Made by a program: the position numbers and the translations under genes. 64,000 nt of DNA from assembly GCA_016928815.1 (NCBI GenBank), contig JAFGJZ010000167.1, positions 478-64,477 of the forward strand. Direction: 5' to 3'. A model generated the notes under the pieces. The model was not told the DNA's origin and did not search any database. It saw nothing but the letters and a program-made list of their open reading frames with translations. The DNA is from Spirochaetota bacterium (lineage in GTDB: Bacteria; Spirochaetota; UBA4802; JAFGJZ01). Each line of letters begins with the position of its first letter. The stretch's first letter is position 1. This document shows, piece after piece, positions 10,823 through 20,402 of this stretch.

Positions 10823-11467
10823 ATGAAACTACTTAAATTATTGGCAGTAACAGCAATTCTTGCAGTATCTACTTCAGCTTTCGCACAGATGTATGATCTT
10901 CCGATCATGTTCGGTATTCAGGGCGGATGGTATCACAATGCTTTAAACGCAGAATATAATCAGGATGTACCATTTTTAGGAGATAAAGGCGATCCATACT
11001 CAACCAAAACCAATTTCTATGAAATTGATGCATTTTTCGATGCTTCATTTTTAAGAGTATCTATTGGCTATGCGGGAAATATCGGTGATACATCATATGA
11101 AATGGGTTCCGAATCCGGCGATGTTGAAATTACAAAGAAAACTCTTGAATTCAGTGCGTTTTTTAAATATCCTTTAGCAATGGGTTATGAAAATGCAACT
11201 TTCTATCCAATGATTGGTATAAATTATTCTAATATTTTAACACTGGAAGATGAAGATGGCGAAGATATGTCAGATGATGTAGATTTAAATGATTTTTATT
11301 TAATGCTTGGCGTAGGCGGGGATTTTGCTGTTAGTGAAAAAGTTTTTATTGTACCGTCTGTTCTATTCGGAATTAATTTAACTCCGGACGCATATGATAG
11401 TGATGCCATAGATTCAACTTTCAGCTATAAATTCGGTATTAATGTTGCCGTTGGTTTCAAACTGTAA
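10823..11467 (+). CDS. Secreted OMP-like beta-rich protein, tandem paralogue 1
   Basis: Signal peptide MKLLKLLAVTAILAVSTSAFAQ. About 75% identical to the next gene. Alternating hydrophobic pattern; ends VGFKL. Confidence 0.55.
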   Translation: MKLLKLLAVTAILAVSTSAFAQMYDLPIMFGIQGGWYHNALNAEYNQDVPFLGDKGDPYSTKTNFYEIDAFFDASFLRVSIGYAGNIGDTSYEMGSESGDVEITKKTLEFSAFFKYPLAMGYENATFYPMIGINYSNILTLEDEDGEDMSDDVDLNDFYLMLGVGGDFAVSEKVFIVPSVLFGINLTPDAYDSDAIDSTFSYKFGINVAVGFKL

Positions 11468-11500
11468 TTAGTAATTTAAAAACACAAATATAATAAAAAA

Positions 11501-11530
11501 AGCCGGGTGATTAATCATCCGGTTTTTTTA
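11501..11530 (+). terminator. Rho-independent terminator after OMP-like paralogue 1
   Basis: Hairpin CCGGGTGA-ttaa-TCATCCGG followed by TTTTTTTATT. Confidence 0.7.
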
Positions 11531-11624
11531 TTAGTCCTCAATTTATATTTGTTCTTTTTAAAATTAGATTGACTTTTAATTAAAATATCATAATAAAACC
11601 GTATTAAAATACAGGAGATTCTTT

Positions 11625-12263
11625 ATGAAACTACTTAAAGTATTGGCAGTTACAGCAATTCTTGCAGTATCTACTTCAGCTTTCGCTCAGATGTATGATC
11701 TTCCTCTCATGGCAGGTATTCAGGCGGGATGGCATAACAATGCATTAAATGCAGAATTCAATGAAAACGCAGGTCCATATGAAGGTAATACCTGGCAATG
11801 GAATACTAACTTTTATGAAATTGATGCTTTTTTTGATGCATCTTTTTTAAGAGTATCAATCGGGTATTCCGAAAATCTCGGTGATACTCACAGTGAAGGT
11901 GAATTAGGATCAGATGAAATAGATGTAACAATTAAAACACTTGAATTTTCAGCCTTTTTTAAATTTCCGTTTAATTTGGGTTATGAAAATGCAACATTTT
12001 ATCCAATGATTGGCATTAATTATTCTAAAGTATTAACGCTTGAAAATGAATTAGGCGAGGATGTAACTGACAATGTACATATCAACGATTTTTATTTAAT
12101 GCTTGGTGCAGGCGGTGATTTTGCAGTAAGTGAAAAAGTATATATCATTCCGTCAGTATTATTCGGAATAAATTTAACCCCTGATACTATTGAAAACGAT
12201 GCCATTGATACAAAATTCAGTTATAAATATGGGATCAACATTGCCATTGGCTATAAACTGTAA
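11625..12263 (+). CDS. Secreted OMP-like beta-rich protein, tandem paralogue 2
   Basis: Signal peptide nearly identical to paralogue 1 (MKLLKVLAVTAILAVSTSAFAQMYDLP). Ends IGYKL. Confidence 0.55.
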   Translation: MKLLKVLAVTAILAVSTSAFAQMYDLPLMAGIQAGWHNNALNAEFNENAGPYEGNTWQWNTNFYEIDAFFDASFLRVSIGYSENLGDTHSEGELGSDEIDVTIKTLEFSAFFKFPFNLGYENATFYPMIGINYSKVLTLENELGEDVTDNVHINDFYLMLGAGGDFAVSEKVYIIPSVLFGINLTPDTIENDAIDTKFSYKYGINIAIGYKL

Positions 12264-12349
12264 AAATATGAAAATAATAAACATTTTAATATTGTTATTG
12301 CAATATAAGAGAATGCAGATAAATTTGTATAAAATTTTTATTTAAGGAA

Positions 12350-13096
12350 ATGAATATGAAAAAATTGAAATTCTTAGTCGCATTTCTGATTTTTTTATCA
12401 GCAGCCGCACTTTATGCTCAGGATACATATTTTGAAGATGACAACACAGATAATTCAGATTCATACTATGAAGATGACGCTTCTTCTAAACCTGAGAAAA
12501 ATCCGGATTCAGGAATTCCAATTACAATCGGATTTCAGATCGGTTCTAGTGCATGGGCTTATGGTAGTAATTACACTTATTTAGGATACGAAACAACAGA
12601 AACAGATACTACCCCATATATGAATTTTGGCTTGTTTTTAGATGCAAAATATTTTCGTTTTAGTGCTAATTATTTTACAAATACCGGGAAAACTCAACAG
12701 GTTGGCCAGGTAGAAGGAAGTCCTGAAGAAACTTATAATTATGATCTCACTTTAACTCATTTAGACATACAGGGGTTATTAAAATTTCCTTTTTCTAACT
12801 GTTGCCAGAATTTTGAAATATGGCCTGCATTAGGACTTGCTTACTCAAAAGTACTAAAAGCAGAAAATTATGATGGCAGTGATGTTTATTTTAAAAACAA
12901 TATAAATGATTTATGGTTATGTTTTGTTATTGGCACTGATTACATTATCAATAAAAATATTGTCATTACACTTTCAGGTCAGATGGATTATTGTTTAACA
13001 CCAAATTTTATTGAAGGTGAAGAAGGAACGGATGTCAGTGAAGAAACTGGTATTCGTATGACTATAAATTTAGGTGCAGGATACAGATTTAATTAA
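12350..13096 (+). CDS. Secreted OMP-like beta-rich protein, divergent paralogue 3
   Basis: Signal peptide. Segments YFRFSANYF, LLKFPFSN and ALGLAYSKVL align with FLRVSIGYA, FFKYPLAMGY and MIGINYSNIL of paralogues 1 and 2. An ATG at 12356 is an alternative start. Confidence 0.45.
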   Translation: MNMKKLKFLVAFLIFLSAAALYAQDTYFEDDNTDNSDSYYEDDASSKPEKNPDSGIPITIGFQIGSSAWAYGSNYTYLGYETTETDTTPYMNFGLFLDAKYFRFSANYFTNTGKTQQVGQVEGSPEETYNYDLTLTHLDIQGLLKFPFSNCCQNFEIWPALGLAYSKVLKAENYDGSDVYFKNNINDLWLCFVIGTDYIINKNIVITLSGQMDYCLTPNFIEGEEGTDVSEETGIRMTINLGAGYRFN

Positions 13097-13244
13097 AATA
13101 AATATAGGGAATTGACTAAACTCTATTCCCTATTATCTCATTTTTATTCTCTGCAATACAATTAGAATAAAATATATAATTTTCTTTAAATTTTTAACAT
13201 AATTGCCGATTATTTAAACAGTAAATATATTAAAAGAAGTTAAA

Positions 13245-14354
13245 ATGAGCAGAACTGTTAAAATATTTTTCCCGATCGGTATTTTTCTTATTCTCTTTAT
13301 GCTGTTTTTCAGCCTGAGCAGCGGGATTAGCGGTTACTTTTATTATAAATATATGATTAATTTCATCGATAAAAGTACAGGAGATGCAAACAATGCATCC
13401 ATCGCGCTGATTGATGCCTGTTCAATAATTGCGGAAATTTCAGATGGAGATGAACAGATAAAACGCCTGAGTGATTTTTTTGCCGGAAGTCCCCAGAAAA
13501 ATCTTTTTTCAAGCGCTTTTTATGCTTCAGGCAACGGCAAAATAATTGCTCATTCCAATCCGGCGGAAGTCAGGGAGCTGAACGGTAATCTTGCTTCCGA
13601 TGAATTTAAATATAATATTGATCAGATTTTCTTTCCTCTTTCTCAGGAAGGCAAAAAAATATATCTTTCCGATTATTTCATTCTTGATGAAGAAATTCCT
13701 TTTAGTAAAGAAGAAATCCGTTATCTGAAACAATACCTTTATAAAAACATTGACAGAAACGGATGGCTTGCATCCAAAGCTATTGAGAAAAAAATTAAAA
13801 CCGGAAAAAATAAATATGAAATCCGCAAAACCGGAACAATTAATTTTATATTGAGCAAAAAAAATATTTATTCGGAAATTCTAAAAACAAAGGAGAAACT
13901 GATCAGAAACACAATTCTGCTCGGTGCGGTAAGCTGTTTGCTGTCTCTTTTTATTTCATTAATAATTTACATGCGCTTCATTTCCATTAAAAGAAAAACC
14001 CTGCGGTCAGCACCGCCGATTCAGCAATCCGTATATTCTGGAAATCCTGAAGATATGGAAATTGACTTTGATGATGATCAGCTGCCCGATTCTGACGACA
14101 TAGACATTATTACAGATGACATGTACCCCGAATTATTTGACGAATCAACAGGAGAAAAAATAGATTTTAATCCTGGAAATTTTATTAGGTCATCCGGCTA
14201 TTCAGAAATGAGTGCAGCAGGGAAACTCCCGCAGGACTCTTTTCATAAACCGAAACCTCCTATTCAAATTGTTTTTGATGAAAGCAATCTGAAAGAGGAA
14301 AATGACATAGTCATACTTGATGCGGTTCCCATAAGGAAAAGGAGAATCAGCTGA
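13245..14354 (+). CDS. Membrane protein of unknown function (N-terminal TM, central TM, acidic C-terminal tail)
   Basis: TM helices IFFPIGIFLILFMLFFSL and LLGAVSCLLSLFISLIIYM. Acidic tail DFDDDQLPDSDDIDIITDD. Stop overlaps the SD/start region of the downstream STAS gene (1-nt gap). Confidence 0.45.
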   Translation: MSRTVKIFFPIGIFLILFMLFFSLSSGISGYFYYKYMINFIDKSTGDANNASIALIDACSIIAEISDGDEQIKRLSDFFAGSPQKNLFSSAFYASGNGKIIAHSNPAEVRELNGNLASDEFKYNIDQIFFPLSQEGKKIYLSDYFILDEEIPFSKEEIRYLKQYLYKNIDRNGWLASKAIEKKIKTGKNKYEIRKTGTINFILSKKNIYSEILKTKEKLIRNTILLGAVSCLLSLFISLIIYMRFISIKRKTLRSAPPIQQSVYSGNPEDMEIDFDDDQLPDSDDIDIITDDMYPELFDESTGEKIDFNPGNFIRSSGYSEMSAAGKLPQDSFHKPKPPIQIVFDESNLKEENDIVILDAVPIRKRRIS

Positions 14355-14355
14355 A

Positions 14356-14949
14356 ATGATTAAAACCGTTCAGACAACAGAAAAAAACGGCAAAATTACT
14401 TTAATAAATATTGAGGGTCCGCTTACTTCAGACGGATCTTCTCATTTTGAAGGATTAATCAGCTCATTACTTGCAGAAAACAGTTATTTTATTGCTGTAA
14501 ATTTCAGTCAGGTTGATTTTGTTTCTTCAGCAGGTATAGGTGTAGTACTTTTTACATCTCAACTTGTCCGCAAACGCGGTGGAAATATTGTATTCTTCAG
14601 CGCTTCAAAAGAAATAATATCCCTTTTTTCCATTCTGAATCTTACAAAAACCGTTATTCTGCTTCCGGATAAAAAAGAAGCTGTACGATTTCTTTCGCGT
14701 GAAATCAGCGAGTCAGCACAAAATAAAACAGAATCCACAGATAAAGCAAAAAACATTTTACCCGATAATACGGCATTAAAAACAGAAAAGGCCGTTACTG
14801 AGGATGGAAATATAATTTTCAACAATCCACTGATAATTGAATGTGCAGAATGCGGAAGTTTTGTCAGAGTTCATCAGAGCGGAGATTACATATGTCCATC
14901 ATGTCATACGGAATTTCTGGCCAAAAAAGACGGAACAGTAGTTTTTTAA
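14356..14949 (+). CDS. STAS-domain anti-sigma antagonist fused to a C-terminal zinc ribbon
   Basis: INIEGPLTSDG...NFSQVDFVSSAGIGVVLF (SpoIIAA-like, Ser in SSAGIG). C-terminal CAECGSFVRVHQSGDYICPSCHTEF (CxxC...CxxC). Confidence 0.65.
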   Translation: MIKTVQTTEKNGKITLINIEGPLTSDGSSHFEGLISSLLAENSYFIAVNFSQVDFVSSAGIGVVLFTSQLVRKRGGNIVFFSASKEIISLFSILNLTKTVILLPDKKEAVRFLSREISESAQNKTESTDKAKNILPDNTALKTEKAVTEDGNIIFNNPLIIECAECGSFVRVHQSGDYICPSCHTEFLAKKDGTVVF

Positions 14950-15067
14950 ATCACCTTCATGACTTTTCCTGCAAATACCTTTTTTTTATTAAATTTAATA
15001 AGATAATTGACTAAATTGCCGAATTATATTATTTATACATCCTAGATAGAAACATTGAGGTGCAGAT

Positions 15068-15673
15068 ATGAAAATTGTTCATGTCCTTAAAAAAATTGAA
15101 ACAATTGATGCGGATATTAAAGAACTGCGTAAACTTGAAAAATCTCTTCAGAAAGATAAATCTTTTTCAACACCAATATATATGACAATTGAAAAACAGG
15201 TCAGTCTTCTTGTAGGTGAAAGGGTCAAACTGCTTGAGCTTCAGGTTAAAAATCCGCCTGAATTCCTTACTGATGAATTTAAGGACGATGAAAAGGATGT
15301 TGTCATTCCTACACCTTTAAAAAAAAATAAAAAATCAGAAGTAAAATCAAAAAGTGCTAAAAAAAATGATAGTGCCAAACCTGCTAAAATAAATGAGGAT
15401 TTTGATGATCTGCCTATTCAAATGCTTACTCAGGATGCCATTGATTCGAAATTTGATACCATTAAAAATGAAAGAGCAAATGAAATTTCACGTAAAACTC
15501 CATCCTATCTGATAAAGGAAGATGAAGACGAGGATACCGATGAGATTTCAGATGAGAATGTAAAACTTCTTGATATAGCATTAAATAAAGGTACAATAAA
15601 AAAAGAAGATGTAGTAAAAGAAAAAAAACGGGTGAAATTTTTCAGGGATAATTTTCCGGGGAATGAATATTAA
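15068..15673 (+). CDS. Lys/Glu/Asp-rich low-complexity protein of unknown function
   Basis: No TM and no recognisable motif. Probably disordered. Confidence 0.35.
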   Translation: MKIVHVLKKIETIDADIKELRKLEKSLQKDKSFSTPIYMTIEKQVSLLVGERVKLLELQVKNPPEFLTDEFKDDEKDVVIPTPLKKNKKSEVKSKSAKKNDSAKPAKINEDFDDLPIQMLTQDAIDSKFDTIKNERANEISRKTPSYLIKEDEDEDTDEISDENVKLLDIALNKGTIKKEDVVKEKKRVKFFRDNFPGNEY

Positions 15674-15712
15674 AACCTGTATTGCAGGTTTTAATATAAA
15701 AGAATTCCCGGA

Positions 15713-17839
15713 CTATTGTTTCATTGAAAGAGAAATTCTTCTCCGTTCTATATCAACATCCATTACGGTCACACTGACTTTCTGATTTACCTTCACAACA
15801 TCTGTTGCGTTTTTAACATAGGAATTTGACAGTTCACTTATATGAACAAGCCCGTCCTGATGAACTCCAATATCAACGAATGCTCCAAAAGCTGTAACAT
15901 TTGTCACAACACCGGAAAGTTTCATTCCGATAATTAAATCGTTAATTGAATTTACTCCCTCTGAAAATGAAAACAATTCAAACTCATTCCGGGGATCGCG
16001 TCCCGGCTTTTCCAGTTCTTTAAGAATATCTTTTAAAGTCGGTAATCCCGTATCTTCTGAAACATATTTCTCAGGAATTATCATCATTCTTTTTTCCTTA
16101 TTTTTCATCAGATCAATAACAGTACAGCCTGAATCCTCAGCCATTTTTTCAACAATATGATAACTTTCGGGATGGACGGAACTTGCATCAAGCGGATTAT
16201 CCGAATCCCTGATACGGAGAAATCCTGCAGCCTGTTCATAGGTTTTATCTCCCATACCGGATACTTTTTTCAGTTCCTCACGATTTTTGAACTGCCCGTG
16301 TTCTGTTCTGTATCGGACAATCTGCTCTGCATTTTTCCTGGACAAACCCGAAACATATTTCAAGAGTTCAACACTTGCTGTATTTAATTCAACTCCAACA
16401 TTATTAACGCAATTCATAACAGAATCTGTTAAAGACTGTTTTAGCATTTTCTGGTCAACATCATGCTGATACTGGCCTACACCGATTGATTTAGGATCAA
16501 TTTTAACAAGCTCCGCCAGCGGATCCATTAAACGTCTGCCTATAGATACAGCTCCGCGCACGGTTACATCATAATCAGGAAATTCCTGCCTGGCGATCTC
16601 TGAAGCTGAATAAACTGAAGCACCGCTTTCATTAACCATTGTTACAATAACATTTTTTAAATTCAGTGATTTGCAAAATGCAAGTGATTCTCTTCCTCCG
16701 GTTCCATTACCAACTGCAATTGCTTCTATTTTATATCTGCCGCACAAATCCAATATAATTTCAGCAGATTCCTTTATTTTATTGTGCGGTTCAAGCGGAT
16801 AAATTACTGTATCTGCAACAAGATTGCCGTTTTTTGAAAGAACAACAACCTTGCAGCCTGTTCTCTGCCCGGGATCAACTGCAAGTGTATTTTTTTCACC
16901 CAGAGGGGAAGCGAGAAGAAGTTCTTTTATATTTTCTGAAAAAACGCGTATTGCTTCAACATCAGCTCTTTTTTTCAGTTCAGTCTTTATTTCATTTTCA
17001 AGCGAAGGAGCCAGCAGTCTTTTATAAGCATCTAGGGAAGATTTAATTATAAAATCATGACATGATTTTATGATACATTTAAACTCTTTTGCAATCAGTT
17101 CATGTGAAATTTTTTCATCAGGAAGAAAATGCAGTTTCAGGCAGCCCTCTTCAAATCCGCGGAACATCGCCAGAATTCTATGAGATGGAACGCTTTCCGA
17201 TTTTTCACTCCAGTTGAAATAATCCTTATATTTTACTGCTTCAGGAATTTTAGATTTTACAACACAGGAACTTATTTCTGAATTTTTAAAAAAATGATTT
17301 CTCAGTATCGAGCGGACAGCAGCGTTTTCACTGATCATCTCCGCAATTATATCTGCGGCATCGTCCAAAGCATCGGATTCCGTTAGAATATTTTTTTCAA
17401 CGTTTATATATTTTGCCGCTTCATTATAAATATTTTCAACCTGCTGATTAAATATCGACAATGCCAATGGTTCAAGTCCGTTTTCCCTTGCTACTGTTGC
17501 CCTTGTACGTTTTTTAGGTTTGTACGGAAGATATATGTCTTCAAGTTCCGAAAGCAATTCCGATTTTTCAATTAAAATTTTAAGTTCTTCGGTTAGTTTG
17601 CCCTGTCCGTCAATACTCTTCAAAATGAAAGCCCGTCTTTTTTCGACATCCTGAAGCTGTTCATATCTGTCACGTATTGAAATTATACTCACCTCATCCA
17701 GTCCGCCTGTAGCTTCCTTCCGGTAACGTGAAATAAAAGGTACTGTTGCGTCTTCATTGAGAAGTTTTATTACGGCCTCAACCTGTCTTACAGAAATATT
17801 CATTTCAGATGAGATTTTTTTAATTACTTTATCTGCCAT
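15713..17839 (-). CDS. tex: Transcription accessory protein Tex (YqgF/HhH/S1 domains)
   Basis: Tex N-terminal signature ISRYRKEATGGLDE. C-terminal S1 domain (GMKLSGVVTNVTAFGAFVDIG...GLVHISEL). 708 aa. Confidence 0.9.
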   Translation of the reverse strand: MADKVIKKISSEMNISVRQVEAVIKLLNEDATVPFISRYRKEATGGLDEVSIISIRDRYEQLQDVEKRRAFILKSIDGQGKLTEELKILIEKSELLSELEDIYLPYKPKKRTRATVARENGLEPLALSIFNQQVENIYNEAAKYINVEKNILTESDALDDAADIIAEMISENAAVRSILRNHFFKNSEISSCVVKSKIPEAVKYKDYFNWSEKSESVPSHRILAMFRGFEEGCLKLHFLPDEKISHELIAKEFKCIIKSCHDFIIKSSLDAYKRLLAPSLENEIKTELKKRADVEAIRVFSENIKELLLASPLGEKNTLAVDPGQRTGCKVVVLSKNGNLVADTVIYPLEPHNKIKESAEIILDLCGRYKIEAIAVGNGTGGRESLAFCKSLNLKNVIVTMVNESGASVYSASEIARQEFPDYDVTVRGAVSIGRRLMDPLAELVKIDPKSIGVGQYQHDVDQKMLKQSLTDSVMNCVNNVGVELNTASVELLKYVSGLSRKNAEQIVRYRTEHGQFKNREELKKVSGMGDKTYEQAAGFLRIRDSDNPLDASSVHPESYHIVEKMAEDSGCTVIDLMKNKEKRMMIIPEKYVSEDTGLPTLKDILKELEKPGRDPRNEFELFSFSEGVNSINDLIIGMKLSGVVTNVTAFGAFVDIGVHQDGLVHISELSNSYVKNATDVVKVNQKVSVTVMDVDIERRRISLSMKQ

Positions 17840-17943
17840 GTTCCTCTTTAATTTAGTAAGTTTTTAGAATTGTATTTATAATTTCCAATAAATGGAAAGC
17901 AACATAATTTTTTGAAATAATAAATTATTGCTGATTCCGGAAT

Positions 17944-19188
17944 TTAATGAATTTTCAGCTGCATCTCTTTCTTTAAAATGGAATCAGCTGCGGTTTTCGC
18001 CGATGAAAACGCCCATTGCAGATTATATCCTCCTGTGTCTCCGTCAATATCGAGTACCTCCCCTGAAAAAAACAGATTAGCACACTTTTTTGACTCCATT
18101 GAACCGGACAGCACTTCATTAAGGCTAACACCGCCTGCTGTTGCCATCGCGGTTTTTATGTCATCTGCATGTTTTATTTTAAATTCAAGTGATGAGAAAA
18201 CTTCAATAGTTTTCTTAATAATTTCTTTCTTAAGAACAGCACACTTCTCACTGCCATTAATCCCGTAATGTTTGAGCAATGAAATAATCAGTCTTTCAGG
18301 TAAATTTAAATTCAGCAGTGCATTTTTTGAATCCGATTTGCCGTTCTTCAAAATGAGGTTTTTAAACTTTTCATTTAATTGATCAGAAACCCCCGCAATC
18401 TCAATCCGTATGCAGTCATCTTTGCGGACATATCTGCACAGATTTAATATTACCGGGCCTGAAAGTCCGGCATGAGTAAACAACAGGTCATCCCTGTTAG
18501 CAGCGATTTTTTTCCTGTCCCGAAACAGTATTACATTAATATCCGGAACAGAGATGCCGCTGCAGTCCTGGAGAAAATATTCATAAACAGAAATAGAATG
18601 CAGTGCAGGTACAGGCATTACAATCGAATGTCCTAATGACTCGGAGAGTCTGTAGCCGTCTCCGGAAGAACCGGTCATGGGAAATGAAAGTCCGCCGGTG
18701 CATATGATCAGATAACGGCAGCCGTATTTGCCAGAAACAGATTTGAGATTGAAAAGAGAATCTTTATTTTCAACAGATGTAACAGCTGAATTATAAACAA
18801 TATGTACACCTGATTCACGGCATTTCAGGAGAAGAACATCAAGAATGTCACGGCTTTTTCTGCTGGCGGGGAAAATTTTCCCGTTTCTGTCCTCAGTAAA
18901 TTCAATCCCTGATTTCCGGAAAAAAGAAAGCAAATCGACGGGTGTAAAATTATAAATCGATTTTTTTACAAAATTTTTTTTATTACCGAAATGTTCAATA
19001 AAATTTTCGATCGGATCTGCATTGGTGATATTGCATTGAGATGATCCGGAAATGAGAAGTTTTTTACCTGCAGAATTCATCTTTTCAAGCACACAGACTT
19101 TTAAGCCTGTAGCGCCCAGATTTACCGCTGCAAACAAACCTGAAGGACCGGCTCCGACTATTATAACATCATAAATACTTTCTTTCAT
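17944..19188 (-). CDS. HI0933/YhiN-family FAD-binding flavoprotein
   Basis: YDVIIVGAGPSGLFAA dinucleotide-binding motif followed by KKLLISGSSQCNITN, which matches the HI0933-family GRKLL.TGGGRCNVTN signature. Confidence 0.75.
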   Translation of the reverse strand: MKESIYDVIIVGAGPSGLFAAVNLGATGLKVCVLEKMNSAGKKLLISGSSQCNITNADPIENFIEHFGNKKNFVKKSIYNFTPVDLLSFFRKSGIEFTEDRNGKIFPASRKSRDILDVLLLKCRESGVHIVYNSAVTSVENKDSLFNLKSVSGKYGCRYLIICTGGLSFPMTGSSGDGYRLSESLGHSIVMPVPALHSISVYEYFLQDCSGISVPDINVILFRDRKKIAANRDDLLFTHAGLSGPVILNLCRYVRKDDCIRIEIAGVSDQLNEKFKNLILKNGKSDSKNALLNLNLPERLIISLLKHYGINGSEKCAVLKKEIIKKTIEVFSSLEFKIKHADDIKTAMATAGGVSLNEVLSGSMESKKCANLFFSGEVLDIDGDTGGYNLQWAFSSAKTAADSILKKEMQLKIH

Positions 19189-19193
19189 AGAAT

Positions 19194-20402
19194 TTATTTT
19201 ACAGGTTTCAGCCGCATAGAAATAATAACTACAAGTACGACTGACACCAGTACAATAAGTCCGTTAAAAATATATTTATAAACCGGCGAAGATTTGTCTT
19301 CCTTAATTTTCAGCATCTCCGGCACGCTCATGTTAGCTGTAAAATGTACCTCTTTATCAATCTGTTCTTTGAATTTCAGAATATCATACTGCGGAAGATT
19401 CATATTTTCCTTACCATAATATATGAAATACTTCTGTGATGCATCTGCGTTAAATATCAGTCTGTAGCTTATTACACTTAATTCAACGGAACTGATTTTA
19501 AGAGGTGAATCATTTTTATTATCAAGCACAAGAAGAATATCGGAATTTACCGGCGTATCAAAAACTATTTCAGTTTCATCAATATCTGTATCATTAAAAG
19601 AAGCTTTGTTAAGCTGACCGCTTTGGAGAAAAACATCATTTTCACGATATACGTCATATGTCCTGCTGAAAAATCCGGTGGAATTGATTTTTATTTTTTT
19701 TACATAAAAGTTATCATCATTAGGTATTCTGATTTCCGAAAAATTGTCTTTTTGTGAATAATTATATCCCGCCGTAACCGTTTTAATAAAATCACTTTTA
19801 ATTATTATACTGTTATCAAAAGATGCTTCCATATCACTGTTTTTAAAGTCAGAAGGCTTTCCTGTGAATTCAATTTTATAGAATCTGTATTCATAAACAG
19901 CCTCAAGATTGATATCATCTTTTACAAGATTTTTAATTTTATATAAACTGTCCTTCTTAATATATGCCCAGTCGGAATTTTCATTTCTGGCATAAACATC
20001 AACCTGTTTTGAAAATTCTTCATCTCCGAAAAAAAATTTCAGTTTGTTAATTTTGAAATCACTCTGTTCAATTATCTGATATGAAAGAACCGTGAGGTCG
20101 GTTTTTGAATTATACTTTTCCTCTGTTTTCCATGTCTGATACTGCTCATTTTCAGCGACTTCATTCAAATCTCCCGATTTGATATAATATGGAATTTCTT
20201 CATTCAATGAATTATAAATCCTGACATCAGGAAAAGATGTTTCGGAATTTTTATAAATGCTGCCGTCAAGTTCGATCTCTGCAAAACCGCTTTTATTCCC
20301 GGTATCAATATTTCTACGGTATCTGAAATTTTCCGGAATTTCCGGATTTATCTGTACGGAAACCATCAGAACAATTAATAAAATTAATCTATTTTTTAAC
20401 AT
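19194..20402 (-). CDS. Secreted/membrane-anchored protein, DUF3999-like partner of the upstream DUF2339-like membrane protein
   Basis: Signal peptide MLKNRLILLIVLMVSVQ when started at 20402. C-terminal TM LIVLVSVVLVVIIS. The ATG is embedded in the stop region of the upstream gene (ATGTTAAAAAATAG, 14-nt overlap). Confidence 0.45.
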   Translation of the reverse strand: MLKNRLILLIVLMVSVQINPEIPENFRYRRNIDTGNKSGFAEIELDGSIYKNSETSFPDVRIYNSLNEEIPYYIKSGDLNEVAENEQYQTWKTEEKYNSKTDLTVLSYQIIEQSDFKINKLKFFFGDEEFSKQVDVYARNENSDWAYIKKDSLYKIKNLVKDDINLEAVYEYRFYKIEFTGKPSDFKNSDMEASFDNSIIIKSDFIKTVTAGYNYSQKDNFSEIRIPNDDNFYVKKIKINSTGFFSRTYDVYRENDVFLQSGQLNKASFNDTDIDETEIVFDTPVNSDILLVLDNKNDSPLKISSVELSVISYRLIFNADASQKYFIYYGKENMNLPQYDILKFKEQIDKEVHFTANMSVPEMLKIKEDKSSPVYKYIFNGLIVLVSVVLVVIISMRLKPVK

